A stretch of DNA of 61,544 bases, counting the filler, from Bipalium vagum (Eukaryota), in assembly GCA_037834085.1 (NCBI GenBank). It is 3 parts of 3 records of this genome, joined end to end, with 100 filler letters (N's around TTAATTAATTAA, not from the genome) between each part and the next. Parts side by side here need not be neighbours in the genome. Positions count along the whole stretch, not along the records: positions 24,052 to 43,679 come from JBBMKC010270956.1; positions 43,780 to 61,544 come from JBBMKC010052622.1; 1 more part is not named here. One strand, given 5' to 3'. Each line of letters opens with the position of its first letter. The stretch's first letter is position 1. A model generated the notes under the pieces. The model made no database searches. It saw nothing but the letters and a program-made list of their open reading frames with translations, and was not told where the DNA came from. Of this stretch, positions 30,640 through 45,807 are shown piece after piece. A program made the translations under genes and the position numbers.

Positions 30640-31500
30640 ATGTACCAGCCAGTTGAATTTTGTAGCATTATCCGTTTTTGCTTCTGAATTGGATAGAAAA
30701 GAATGACAATATTTGTCACCTACATGAAGCATATGGGGAAGAAGTTCTCATATGTCTGACTACAATTTATAATTGGATCAAAGAGTTTTCTTCCTGTAGA
30801 AACATTGTGATAAATAAAGAACTGAGTAAAAAGACGGAATTGAAGACCACTGGACTCAGAAAATTGTGAAATCGATCTGTCACACAATTTTTGATAAAAG
30901 ATATGCAAGATAGCGAATGCAAGCTTTCCAAGAAAAACTGACCCTATTTTTGAACAATATTATAACCGATGATGAGATGCCATTGAGTCTTTATGTTTGA
31001 GTGAGTCTTGTTTATGAGTTTTTCAGCAGAAAACCACTAAAAATAGCTTAATTTAAAAATATCTGATCGAAAATTTGTTATGCGCAGTGTGTTTTGGGAT
31101 GTACAATGTATGATCAAGAGCGTCTTTTTCCTGAAAATCGACTCGAACTACTACTATGCACTTATTAGCATCTTGAAAAGATACAACAGAAGCCAAAGAA
31201 TCAAAAGATCTTTCTTTTCCATGACAAGATTCCAGTTCACACAGGTCACCGAACTATAGATGAATTCAATGAAAAAAGCTTGGTATTGATTTCATAGTCA
31301 CTATATACCTCTAATTTGACTTCTAGTGATTTCTTCTTTAATCACTAGTAAAAACATTTAAGAAAACAGAAAGTAGAGTCTAGAGAGGATCTCAGAAGAA
31401 TAGTGTAAAATTTTTTTCATTCTTCGAAAATGATTTCTTTTCATTAATAAATCGATGGATGAAGTGCCCGGAAGCAGAAGCTGGTTATTTAGAAAAATAA
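30640..31500 (+). mobile_element. Decayed mariner
   Basis: LHEAYGEEVLICLTTIYNWIKEF, IITDDE, VFWD, FHDKIPVH, YTSNLTSSDFF. Confidence 0.8.
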
Positions 31501-33109
31501 TTCTGTATTTAATTATGTAGTTCTCTTACTGTAAATCAAAAATTTTATCTTAGTATTATTCATATTTCTGTGCGAGTCAAAGGACTTGATAAAAACGAAA
31601 ATATAAAACTGGAATATTGAATAAATATTAAACAAATAAATAATAAGATAAAATTGTTCTTTTAAACTGGTTTCTGGGATCGATTTACGTGGCAAGATTC
31701 TGTCAAATAAAATGCCAGAACTATTTGTCATAAGCAACTGAAAATGATAATTCTTAAATTTATTTATAAGTAAATAATGATAATAGATTTGAAATAATTT
31801 CGCAGTACTCCAGCAATAATTTCAATATAAATTAAAATTTTAATAATTTTTTTTGTATTGATAAATAAAAATACATGACATTCTGAATTCAAGTTTAAGT
31901 GTTTTTATTTATGATTTTGTTTAATATCGAAATTATATACATATTCTTATTGTTAGAATAACAAATCATTAATCAACATTTCCAAAGAAATTTAGTGATT
32001 TATTAACTGACAGAAAATCAATGAAAAATTAAAGTATTATTGATGTCCATCGATAAATTTGTCTTATTATTTTTATTATTATGATTATTATTTTTTTAAA
32101 ATGATTGTTGTTATTATTGTTCTTTCTTGTTGCCTTTATTGGTGACATTAATATAATTGACATTGCAACACTGCAATTTATTATTCATTAATTTATTTGG
32201 GCTTTTATTGTAAGTGAGATAATGTCATTGTATGACAGAAATAAAAAGAACAATTTATCATAATTTCTTTTGAGACTAATTTACAATGTATAACACAATT
32301 TATTTGCTTATCTCGTATTTATGACTAGAATAAAACTAAAATATTTTTTATTTTATTGATTGCCCTCATGTTACTTAACATATCCTGATTTGTCTGAAAT
32401 ATATATAACATTAATAACTAAATTATATATTATATATTATATATTCAATAAAAATATTTATGCTTATTCATTATTAAAAAATCTCAAGTTTTTGCTGTTA
32501 GTTTTAAAATTAAATATTTATTATTTAATTACCTTTTTTAAAAATACTTCAGACTTTTGTTTATTATTTTATTACAACTATTATTATCCAAGATATTTTA
32601 AAGAATTATAATATAATTAACATATCAGTTTTGTTAAGACTTAAGCTATCCGTAAATAAACGAGATTTGCAAGAATTTCTTAACATAATTGACATAAAGT
32701 AATTGCCTGATATATTATTTAATTTTTTTAATTATTTTTTTATTTTTAAACATTTTAACTTTTTATATTTTTTTTTCAATAATTTAATGCAAGAATTACT
32801 TTGAGAATAATTTTAAATTATCTCATCATATCAGAATTTTTCTTTACATATTTAATTTAGATTATTAAAGTATTTTTAACATAAACATTATCTTGCTCTA
32901 ATTTATTTCTTCTGAAAATTATTAATTAAAAATTTTTACTTAAAATTTCTTTATTTATCTTTTATTGATTTTGTAAAAATCTTATAAAATAATTTATTAA
33001 TATATTTACTCTATCCCATAAAAAAGTTGATTTAATAAATTTAATTTTAATTTAATAAATCGTTTCCTTACTAATTAAAATTTGTTTTGGAAAATTTTTG
33101 AATTTTGAA

Positions 33110-34110
33110 ATGGTGTTAATCGTTCAGAAGACCAAAGAATACTGCTTCTTTTGCATTATGGAAGATTGTTGGTCAAAATAAAATTGGAATCCAAAAACGG
33201 TAGAGGCGAAGAATTATGTCAAGCTATTGCTGTAAATAAGAACTATGCCAGAAAATTATAGACACATTTTTTAAAATGGACTATTTGGCATAAAGCAGGG
33301 TTTTGGAAGACCTTATTTTGACAATTATGAAGAGTAACTGACAGTACCGCTCTAATGACATCACAGACATTTAAAATACTAGTGAAATCCCAGAACAATT
33401 TATACTTCCTTGGAAAAATGTTCCATCTCATATCAAATGATAAATATGAAATAATGTTAAATTGTAAAAATGTATCACTAAAACATATTGATAAAACCGG
33501 TTTCAGCCACATTCATCTACTAGTGAAAGATATCATGACAATAGTCCCAAAAAGAAATTTTCTTCATTAAAAAAGCTAAATTTGGCTTAAATCATGATAA
33601 TAACCACTTTTGAGAAATCAAACTTTGAAAAGACTTATCAGTTTCGTTAGCTTTTGGAAACATGAGTCTGAATGCGAACCCCAGAAATCGCCAAAAAATT
33701 CTTAAAGGTTAAGCATTCAAAGTTGATAGCACAGTCACTTCTGAGTCTTTTTTAGAATTGATGCATAATGAAATCATATCTGGATTCTGCATCAAGATGT
33801 CCTGATGCCAAAAAAATTTCATCAAAATGATAATGCTTGTCCACATATTGATAACTACAACGTGTGATTTTTGTGTAGTCTAATTTTAACATTTAACAAT
33901 ATCTTGAGTTAAACATTAATGATCTATGATTATTTCCTTTCTGGAATAAGCAATGTCAAAAATATCTGTAACAACTTGTGTGTATTGTGGACTAGCTTAA
34001 AACCAAATTTAGGTCTATTAAGGAAGAAAAAATAACAATCTTCGACAAGATTCAAATCGATAATCAGATTATTGGTTCGAGAGGAGTGGCTATCAATGTT
34101 ACTCATAAAT
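33110..34110 (+). mobile_element. Heavily decayed Tc1/mariner-superfamily element (family uncertain)
   Basis: Remnant motifs FHQNDNACPH and LT..IYDYFL with a transposase-like layout; many frameshifts. Confidence 0.5.
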
Positions 34111-35724
34111 AATTAACATTAACAGTTAAAAAGTAATGCTTGTTAAGGAATAATTTGATAATATAATATTTGAGAAGTATAAATTTTCATGATTTTTTAA
34201 TTATTTTGTAAATCTACTTTTTTACGAAGTAGAGTAAAGTAAATTAAAATTGATTTTCGAAGTTTATACTAAAATCTTAACACATTAATTTTAATATTTT
34301 CATATTATCCTATAAACATGAAGAAATGACTACCCATTGATCTATAAAAGAAAATTGTAATAACTCCTAACTAAAACCGAATTAAAAAGAGTGCATTTAA
34401 GCAATAGCTATTTAATACGTGCTTGAATAAACTTGTCCTGTTAATAAAATAAAAATGTAAAATGATGCATTATGATTTCTATAATGGGTACCATTTTCTG
34501 AACATTTAAAAATTTAAAAAAGCTTTTAAAGTTTTCCAATATAGTTTATTTTTTATTTTCATCGTAAAGTCTTATTTAATGTACAACAATAAAATAAGTA
34601 ATTTTGACAATGTGCATTTAGGTATTTCTAATCTTCAGAATTTCTATTCTAGCTTGAACTTTATCTGACATTTACAATTTCATATTAATAATTTGTATGA
34701 AAGATACAAATTACAGATCCCCTGGATTTTCTTTTTTATTAAGACAATTTTTGGTTGACATTTTTATCTACATAAAACTGGCAAAAATATGAAAAATTAT
34801 AAAATATGTACGATTTATAGAGTTTTTATTTATTTCACATAATTTCAATGAATCCCAAATATATTATATACAAAAATATATATATTTAACTAAGAAATTT
34901 ATATATAAACAGCAAAATTAGAACCAAAATATTTTTGGTATAAATATTTATTAGAGGAGTTGTGTATAAGAAATAAAAGAAACAACAATTCAATGTAACT
35001 AAACTAGAAAGAAAAATTAATGAAATGAAGAGAATTTTTTCTGGAATCAAATCGAAGATCGGTAGTGACGCCGATCTTCAAGGTCACTAACGTTTCTGCA
35101 GATATGTAACAGTTCATTCAAAAATTCCACAACATTGTTAAAGTAAATTTGTCTTCCAGCATTAGAAAATTATTTAACAAACTTCGAATTGCCAATAATA
35201 TTTTTTTGACACTTTAATGCAAATAACAAAGATCATAAAGCAAAGATATCAAGTGGTTGGTGATTATTTAACTGAAAATCAAAGAGATCTCTTTTTGTAT
35301 CATACGTAAAACGATTTAAGTAGCCGTGAGATATGAATATATGTATATAAGATGATCTTTTCATTCACAAAATTATGACAATCAGAAATACAAATATATA
35401 TGAATTGTGCATTCGATGAAATGCTGAGAGTCTCATCAACCTCAAGACAATAAGATTGAGACCTCATTTGTGTTAAACTGAGTATAATGTAGATGAAGTT
35501 AAAGTGAAAATGACAAGCACTGATCAATTAAAAACATTTTCTTCGCAAGACAATACAAAATTAGGGAAAAATGGGAACTTTTACAACTTTTAAATCATAT
35601 TTCTTGAATATTGATTTATCTAAGTATTATTCTTTACTGTCTGTGATAAGTAACTTCAGTAACTTTGCGAGAATCTAAATTCATTGTCAAGAATATTTCA
35701 AATCTAAATGAAACAAGTGACATA

Positions 35725-37005
35725 CAGAGTGCGTCAGCTATTTAAGGACAAAAATTGTTAAAATATATGATAATTTTTTTAGTGGTGCTAAAATTGATTT
35801 GCAATATTTATTGATACAACATTAAATAATTATTTTTTAATTTAGAAATGGAAGAGGTAACTTTTGAATTAACACAAGAAATGAAAAGGCATGCAGTTAT
35901 TGTTGCATTAGCTGTAGGACACAGTGACTTAGAAATTTCTTAATGTGGCCAGATCGTTTGTCAATAAAATTAGAGTGGAATGTTTTGCATCTGATCGAAA
36001 TGTTTCCTCTATATCTAAAAGAAAAACACATTCCTCACGTTCAGACATTGTCAGATATGTTAATTTTGTTCAAAAAGTCCAGGATGTTGTTCATGAAGGT
36101 CCCGAAACATCAGTGAGAGAAATTATCCATTGACTCTCGGTTTCTGAGTCAACAGTAAGACATAGGGTACACAATGTTTTAAAATGCAAGTCCTACGTCA
36201 TGAGAAGAAGACGTTTTGTATCGGCAAAAAGCAAGGAAATCATTGAATCCGCTCGAAGTGTCTTTTAGACAAAAGCATCCAGATCATCCTATGGTTCTTT
36301 TCTGATGAAAAACTTTTTACTCAAGATCAAAAGATTAATAGTAGAGACGATCAATGGCTGTGCTCCAGTGCTTCTGAAGTCCCTAATGTTATACACACCA
36401 AGTTTCCATCATCTTTAATGATATTGGGTGTTGTGAGCTACGAATGTCATGTTATGCCTCTGTATTTATTTCCACAGAGACTTAGAATTTATGCCTCTCT
36501 TTTTATCGAGTGTCTGGATACATATGTGAAGCCCTGGATGCAAAAGTTGCCCACGGAAGGCCTTATGTGTTCAAACAATACTCAGCTCTCTGCCATACAG
36601 CATTAAAAACACAAAAATGGCTATCGCTAAATTTTAACGATCAAGTTACTCCAAACTTATGACCACATAGCTCACCCGATTTAAATCCTTTGGACTATTT
36701 TGTATGGGACATCGTAGAGAAGGAGACGAACAAACATCCTCATAATACCAAAGATTCATTACGGGCTTCTATAAGTTCTGCTATAATAAATATGAACAAA
36801 AACCATTTGATTGCGGCTTGTAAGCTTTTCATAAGCCGTCTTAAAGCTGTAATTGAAACTGAAGGCGATTTTATTGAATAAATAAAACTTGTGTACTTAA
36901 AACAAATAAAGTTTCTAATATTGCCTTAAAATATACATTCTTTTCATTAAAAAAATATCTTACCTTTAATATCTATTTTTGTCCTCAAATAGCTAACGCC
37001 CTCTA
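35725..37005 (+). mobile_element. Full-length decayed maT (DD37D) element, 1281 bp
   Basis: TIRs CAGAGTGCGTCAGCTATTTAAGGACAAAAAT and ATTTTTGTCCTCAAATAGCTAACGCCCTCTA, flanked by TA. Motifs WFFSDEK and SSPDLNPLDYFVW. I count 37 codons between the (mutated) second D and the third D. Confidence 0.9.
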
Positions 37006-38642
37006 TACTTACGATCTACAAACTTCTCATTAAATATCTTCAAATCATTGATTCAAAGGATTTTTAATTTGACATCTATTAATTTTTCTTGTTTTATTCA
37101 TTTTAAGAATTTTCATTAAGAAAATAAAGACTTATAGTTCATCCTAACACAAATCAAAATCAGGTTTATGAATGAATAAATGGTTTTGTATATGAATAAA
37201 TGATGATCTGTATTGTGAGAAAGAATTCATTGATAATGCTGATTCTCAAAAGCATCTAATAAACGGTATATAAGCTATCTAAATCAATGATTTGCGCATT
37301 ATTTGGGATGATATTTAAGTTTCTTTTATATTTACTGGATAAGTTTCAACAGCTTATCATTTTATTAATAAAATAATTAATATAATAAAACAGTGTTAAA
37401 AATTCCAAAATTCAAATTTTTGAAATCTCTTTCTTTTTACGTAATTTTTTCGAATTTATAGCGATTTTTATAATGGATCAGTTATATAGAATTATTAAGA
37501 TTCAGTGTTGGGAAAACTTTAATAAAAAAAATTATTAGAAAAGAATAAAATTGTGTGAAAACAAATAACTGTCTGAATCATAACAAAAATTGAAGCTAAT
37601 TTCTTATTTCCTTAACCCTAGAATATCCCCTCCCTTTAATTTTTCTTTATTATTACATTTATATAAGTGCTAGTTTCAAAATATATAATTCCTACTGTAA
37701 AATATTAAAAATTTCATATTATTATTATTATTCTTATGTTTATATATTTATAAGTACTTAATCTGTGATAAAATTTCTTTTTATACATTTCCCAGACTCC
37801 AGAGTGCATATCAAAACCTTCATACTACTCGAATATTATTCAAAATTATTTCATTAAATTTTAATAAAATTTTGAACAGTCTTTTTAATGTAATATTAAT
37901 AATATATTATCAGGGATTGATCATAGAATTTGTCAACAAAGATCATCAATTTGCAAAGAATTTTAATATTAAAATATTTATTTGTCTTTTATTTTAGAAA
38001 AGTGCTCATGGATCTGTTTACTTGACAATAGTCCCTAACAATTGGAGAGAAGCTCCGAATTGTGAAGTAAAATTAATTTTTTATTTATGTTTTCAAATAT
38101 ATCATTTTTATTTCATTACGTATAATAATTATTTTAAGTGTTCACAACTTTTTTTCATATATTCAATGTGGCTGAAAAATTCTGCTTTATAATTTATTAA
38201 AAAAACAGGAACAAATATAGCTTATGTTAGATTGCTGGATAAAATTATCTAAACTGATAAATATTAGAAATTTCGGAAACAATACCAACCATTATTGACT
38301 GATATTTTTATTAAATTCCCAGTCTCTGTCAAATGTTCGTTTAATAATATTATTAAATTTCAGTTTTAAAAAATAATATTTTATATTTTGAGTAAAATTA
38401 AAAATAAATCAAAAAACTTCATTGGTGAATTTCAATTTTACTTCAAAACCTTTTTCTAATTTTAATTATCATAATCAATAAATTACGATAACTGAAAAAC
38501 AATTGGGTTGAAAATTTTTTTAAGCAAAATTTTTATATTTAATATAACTAGTGATATTTTTCCTTTTTCATATAAAAATTAACTTGACAACTTCATTGTT
38601 TTAAATATGTTTTCAGTAACTTTTTTTTATAAAGTACAATTA

Positions 38643-39869
38643 GAGAGTGAAACAAAAATTTTCCGAAATTATGCTGACATTTTCATAAATAAACATAGAA
38701 ATTAAAAAAAATGATTGTATATATTCATTATACTTCTAAGTAACATAATTCAAAATTTTACTAAAAGCAATTGAATATTTGAATTTGTTTAAATTAATCA
38801 TTTTAGAAAATGAAAACTACGAAATCTGAATTCCACAAGATAATGAAATTCTTAATCAAACTTTGATGGGAAACATCGAATATCATCTAATCTTTGAAAA
38901 ACGTTTATCAAGATGTAGCTCTAAAGAAAACACCAGTTTATTAATAGGAAAACAGATTTTTAAAAAGTCGAAAGGATATAATAAATAAGCATTGAGCTGA
39001 CGACAAGAAATGACTGAGAAAATTGTAGTTGTTGTCGAATTTATATTGATGAAAATAGGCGATTATCGGTTCAGGTTATAACAAATTCTTTAGAAATATC
39101 ATATGAAGCAGCTCATTCTATGTTAAAAGGTCATATATGATTGTACAAGCTTTCTCCCAGATAAGAACCAAAAGCGTTGCTCGAAGAACACGATGCAAAG
39201 ACAGACAAAACGAATCAGTTTATCAATAGATTTGATGAGAATTTCTATGCAAGACTAGTAACTGATGATGAGACATGGATTTACCAATACGATCTGGAAA
39301 GAGAAATTCACTCTAACCAATGGTTACAAAATGGATCAAATAACTCACTCAAGTTCAGAGCTGAAAGGTCAATGAAGAAGAATATGGTCACTGTTTTTTT
39401 TAAAATTTTAAGGTTGTAATCCTGTTAGACTTTCTTGAGATTCAATGGACAATTGCTGGTAGGTATTAAGAAGAGGTTGTGCGAAAACTTCATGCTGCAC
39501 TAGTAAAGCAGCGCTCAAGAAAAATTCATCGTCGAATTTTGTTTCATCATGAAAATGCTCCACCACATTTGTGCAAGCTGTCCAGGGTCGTACTTCTAGA
39601 ATATCTTTGAAAAATACTCTCACATCCACGATACAGTCCTAACTTGACTCTATCGGTGTTTTTCTTGTTTCCAGAATTGAAGTAAAATATCTAGGGCATT
39701 CACTGGGAAAAAATATTGGAAGTCAAAATTTTAAAGAAATTTTTGAGAACGCTGGTGACAACGTCTGCAAAAGTGTTATCAGTTAGATAGTTCATCTGAC
39801 AAAAAATATTTTTTATTATGTCTTGTTTTGATTTTTATGATTTTTCGGGAATTTTTTGATTCACCTTCG
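38643..39869 (+). mobile_element. Decayed mariner with imperfect TIRs
   Basis: ARLVTDDETWIYQYD, MVTVFF, LFHHENAPPH, HPRYSPNL. Ends GTGAAACAAAAATTTTCCGAAA and TTTCGGGAATTTTTTGATTCAC. Confidence 0.85.
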
Positions 39870-42800
39870 TCTGAGAAAGTCAGTGTTAGCGATATTTTAT
39901 TTTCTGTGATCATCTTTATAATTAAATTCAACTTTTTAATAATTTTTTCAAAAATTTGACACTATTTAACATGTAATTTAAGGTGTTTAGGACGTATGAT
40001 TTTTTTGGTTTCCACTTAGTAACGATTTTAGATTAATGTACATCATTTATTAATGTAAATTTTTAAAATATCCTTAAAAAAATTATACCATGAAATTTAA
40101 AGAAATGAATTCTGAAAAAGTCAGCAAACTTTGATTTCTGCATAAAGAAAATATTGAATTTTCTTTTCTCTTAAATATTGCTTCGTTCTCCTGACTTTGG
40201 GAAAATTTTTATAAAACTTGAATTTAATGATAATAAAACCTGGGTTGTGGAAAAATAATATTTTAATGAACATTCCAAATTTAAGGTTTATATTTAGAAA
40301 TTGGTTAACAAGTTTCTATCCACTCAAACTCATTTTTAAATTATTATCAAAGAATATTAATTAATTTAAAAAAATTTTAAATCTGTCATTAAAAAATAAT
40401 AAATCCCAAATGAAAAAACTGGGAAGACTAAATAAATTAATTTAATATTACATTCGTTGACTGAAAACCTGTCTAAACTGAAAATGAGAATTTATTTTAA
40501 AAATTCGAGAATGCCATTGTAGAAATGTAAGTTTCAAATAATAGAACCATCAACAAAAAATATAACACGTCATTTTTTCAGAGTATTTTTTACATTTATA
40601 TTTTTTTATAGCTAACGCTCCTCCAATTAATCTTATTTAACTATAAAAGTAAACCTTAAAATCTCAACGAAAAACACTTTTTCAACCAATTATTTTATTT
40701 AAGTTATTTATATTTTCATTCATTTGTTATTTAAAATGATCATAACCAAAACTAAATAAATATATAAAAAAATTTTTTTAAATTTCATCACTGAAATTTG
40801 CTAATTACCTTTAGAAAGAAAATCTCTAAAATTAAATTAAAATTAATTTCAATTTGTAACGATAATTTTAGATTTTGTCATGAAATGAAAAGTAATGTAG
40901 CGATATCAATTTTCCAAAATCTACATTCTGAGAATTTAATTAAACTAATTTTTTTAAACATTTAAGAATATTTGATCTAATATTATTTTAGTATTTTCTG
41001 TCGATTTTAAAAATTCTTGTTATTTTAATGAGATTTTTATTGATTCCTCTGATTTTTAAAATTTAACATTAAAGATATTATTATTGTTTTTATCCACAAA
41101 TTAAAAAAATACTTAAATATAAATAAATAATATAAAAATAAATATAAAAAAATAATTATTAAATTTTAAAAAATACATTTACGTGTAAAAAAGGAAGTTG
41201 AATGGAAAAAAGTTGCTCAAAATAAGTCGAAACATTCATAAATTCTTATAAAAAAAATCACACCTGAAATCTTTATAAACAATTTTGTGGTTTTTATTCT
41301 AAAATCAACTAACCAAATGGTATCCATAAAAGTTAAAATATTTATTGGATAGAATTATTAAAATTTGTATCCTACTATTAGATTATGAAAATATACATGG
41401 ATAGGTTAAAGACTAGGAGAGTAAACTAAAAAATATTTTCAATACTAAAAGTCAATGTTGCATATTAAAATTTTATATTACAATGTTATAATGATTTCAT
41501 ACAAAAATAAGTAAATTCCATTTTGGGATTCTGAAAAATAAAATATCAACAGTTGTAAATCATTTGTGGAGTTCATGAAAAGAAAGTCCTTTTCATTTTT
41601 TGCTCACCTGAGAGTATACAAAAGGAACAGTTAATTATTAAAATTAACTATGGTTCAAAATATATAGAAATTAACTTAATATGTTAAATCAATGAACAAA
41701 AGTTGCCAAATCAAATAATTATTTAATCATTAATTTTTATAACCATTTTTTTCTAAAATTTACAATTATTAATTTTACTGAAACTAATATCATTGTGAAT
41801 TCGGTCTTTAGAAAAATACAATTTGACCTTGAAAAAAAACTCAGTAATATTTAATAATATTCCTACATTTTCTAAACTTTAATTTCAGAACCATATGATT
41901 ATAATTTAATTAAACTTTTTCAAAATTTGTTTTGAACTCTGATAATTTTACAAGTTTAAAATATCTCCCTAAAATGTTGCATTAATAAATTTTTCATCAT
42001 CAGGTCTCTCCAATTTCATATTCTAAATTCAAAGTTAACTCAAGAATATATAGTTTTAATTAAAAACTTTGCTTTATTCTTTGTTGCAAAAATATTACAT
42101 ATCTATATTGAAAAGAACAAACAAAAGTTCAAAATTTTTAAAATTTGGGCTGTTGGATTTGATAAACATTTTTATAACTATTGTCATACGAATTGAATGT
42201 GTGGTACGACATAAAAGATATAATGATCAATTTAACGGTCTTCAGCAACATCAAGTCACTGTCGATATTTTTCAACTGTAAGTACGATTTCAAAATATAA
42301 GTCAAATCTCTGATCAATTTTTTTATATCTTTAAATTATTTTTTGTTTATTAAAATTGCAAATTTTTTAAATTAAAAAAAATATTTTTATCGATTTTCCT
42401 TTGCTCTATATTTTAACTATTTTTTTCTGTCATCAATAAAATAAATAATAAATTTTATTTCTTAATTTTTTCATTATATGAAAATTTTCTGTGATGATGA
42501 ATTATATTCAGATTTTTGTGGTTATAAAATTAATAATAAAACCTAAAATCTGAAAGTATGTAAAATGGTTAATTTCTCATCATTATTAAAGCAGTATGTC
42601 ATTCCTTCGAAGTTATTTCATATCATTCTGTCATTTGTATTTTGATCCTGCACGTTGCGAATTTTTGAAGAAAGAGTGAATCAATTATATTGATATTAGC
42701 AATCAAAGCGTGTCGGAAATAGAAAAAAAATGTCTCTTTTTAGTTATGAAATATTTGATGATAATAAGATTCATTATGTCTTAGCCTTTGTGTCTTTTTC

Positions 42801-43679
42801 TAAAGACTAAGTAGAACATTTTCTTAACATAATATTATTATATTATTAGAAAATTTTAAACGATTATTTCATTGAAAATTCACTAAAAATAATTCACTAA
42901 TTATTTTGTAATGTTTTCATTTAAATATATTTTAAAATTTTAAAGAATAACGAGTTTATTTCGCGCACATACGATTCATATTTATCCCGCTGTATACGAA
43001 GAGAAGTTTTACATTAATAAATTTTTTGTCTGCCTTTTTAGAGCTATTCTTGTACATTATAATCAACATTTTATTTTTGTTAAATTTTAACATTTTGGAC
43101 TTTGTAGACACTTTATTAATGATCTGTGTTTTATAGAAAAAAATAAATAATGGACAGAATAAGACTGTCACTCATACTTGAAAGAATTACATAAAATTAA
43201 AGTCAAAAGTGACTAAATTAATTTGTAAGCTCTGAAAAGCCATTCTCATTTTTCTCAATTTTACAGATAGTATTTTTGAAATGTTGAAGATGTTAATTTT
43301 ACTGCCAATGTGCATAAGCATCTGAATGTGTCCTTTAGAAGTCCGTAATAAATTATTAATATCATTAATATCATTATCATGTTTCAAGATATTTATTACT
43401 CTGTTTAAAAAGTTCTGATAATTCGGTCGTGTTTTACAAGTTGTTTCTCTCAAACTACGCATAGATTGTAAATAATTCCTTATTTATCATTTGACCAACA
43501 GGAAGAAATTGGTATTGTATTAAAATATGATATATATATAATATATAATATATATATAATATGATATATATATGAAATATGATAAATCGTTTCTTTGAGT
43601 TCAAAGATGAAATAAAGTCCTTCCTGGAGGTACAAGGGAAATATGATCTTGTTGCTTATTTTTATGATAAAGATTGGAT

Positions 43680-43779
43680 NNNNNNNNNNNNNNNNNNNNN
43701 NNNNNNNNNNNNNNNNNNNNNNNTTAATTAATTAANNNNNNNNNNNNNNNNNNNNNNNNNNNNNNNNNNNNNNNNNNNN
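43680..43779. other. Assembly gap with artificial linker
   Basis: N44-TTAATTAATTAA-N44, identical to the first gap. Confidence 0.97.
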
Positions 43780-43804
43780 ATTATTATTATTATTATTATT
43801 ATTA

Positions 43805-43870
<66 letters not shown>

Positions 43871-43880
43871 CATTATATTA
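43780..43880. repeat. (ATT)n microsatellite at the contig end
   Basis: About 30 nearly perfect ATT units. Confidence 0.9.
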
Positions 43881-45732
43881 AAATTATTAAAATTATTAAA
43901 TAACTATTATTATTTTCATTATTATTTATATCATTAAAATTATTAAAATTAATAATAATAATATTATTAATATATATAATATTTTACAATGTAGTGTTAT
44001 TTTTTATTTTACAATATTATTTTAAAATGAAAAAAATGAAAAAACCAGAAAAAAGAAAATTAATTAAGAGAAAATGTTCAGAAAATAAATGACGTAGAAA
44101 ATTGCTTTTGTATGATCAATTTCTGGTTGAAATAGTTACCAAAAGAATTATTATGTATTGAATATAGAGATACAATGGAGATGGTGTACGAGTCGCTTGA
44201 TTTTTTGGATGAATATTGCTACGGGATAATTAAATATAATTACTTTGAGCATTCTTTTGTTACATTATTAATAAATGATAATCATTTTATCTCGAACATC
44301 TTTATTCGAGAAGAAATTGATTGTATTCTTTTTATTTTTCTCTTATTTCTACCAAAACAAATTAGAAAATGTTAATAAAATATAAATTGTTACTAATAAT
44401 AGAACAGAATTGGCGATAAGAGCAGTCGATGCCCTCCTTCAACCTTCACCAGACATTGATGAATTTATTTTATTTTCCCAAAGTAGAAATCAATTTCTGC
44501 CAGTTCAGAGATTCGTTGAATGATGAACGTATTCATCCGTTAACATTAAATTAATATTTAGAGTTGTAAAATATTCTAAAAAGGTTAATAACTGTTTTTT
44601 TTAATATTATTTATTAACTTATAAGTTCTTCGCCTACTGCATCAGAAACTCCTTTTTAAACATGTCTTATGAAATGTACTCGCTTCCTATAATAATAATG
44701 GATTAAAACCGGAAGTTCATATTTAATGACGGCCACCTGAGGTATAACGTTGAGGAATATTATAATAATAATTAATAAGAAAGATAAATTTATCGATTTA
44801 TTGTTATTCCGTTGGGGAATTAATATTGATTTTTGTTATAATTCTATTTCACGAAGAAATATAAATTATATTTTTTGTTGCACAATTTCTGGGGTAACCT
44901 AATAATAAAATTCATTGACCTGACCTCAATTATTATATATCAAATTAAAATTCACCACTAAAGAGATTTGATAACAATTTGTCTATTGTAAAACAGGAGC
45001 AGAATATCAGAATAAGATTTATATTTAAATATTCTTACTCTATCAGTCATACATGGCGTGTCCTATGAGAAAGGTAATTTTCAAAAAAAAAGAAAAAATA
45101 GGTCATTTGGTAAAGTTTAATTTAGCTAAGCAATTTAAAATTTTAGATTACAATTAGTAAGTAGACATTAAATTCTTATTATTTTCTCATTTTCAAAATT
45201 TTACACAATTTTTTGAAAAAGCTGACAAGCACATTTTAAAATTGCTTTAAATATTTTCTTGATCAATAATATGTCTATCATGAACAGGTTGTTTTAATTC
45301 ACAGACTACCTCTGGGTCACGTAATCATTTGTCGCGCAATGAATTGACCTAAAATGGTCAGTATGGTTACGCAATTTTTTAGATTAACCTTATATTTTTT
45401 TATATTATTACGCAGAATTTTTAAAATTTAATAAAAAATATTATGGAATAAAATTTATTTTTATTAAAAATACAAAAATCAAATTTAATATTCAGACAAT
45501 GTTCTCAATGAGAAAAATTAAATTCTAACAAATCGTTTTTAATTAATTAGTTATTATTACACTCATTTATTTAATTTAATATTTATTAAATTAATAAACT
45601 TGATAATTATATAACCATTTAATTCATAAGACCAAATTTTAATTTTTTTTCATTGGTATTTAATTCAAATAAAATAATAAGAATTCCACTTTAATAATAA
45701 CCGTTTTGAATTTTCGGAAATCAAGCACTAGA

Positions 45733-45803
<71 letters not shown>
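45733..45803. repeat. (AAT)n microsatellite
   Basis: About 23 perfect AAT units. Confidence 0.92.

Positions 45804-45807
<4 letters not shown>

Noticed and set aside
45050-45330. Possible Tc1/mariner 3' remnant on the minus strand
   Set aside because: Only a weak VCELKQPVH-like similarity and one TIR-like end; too degraded to support.
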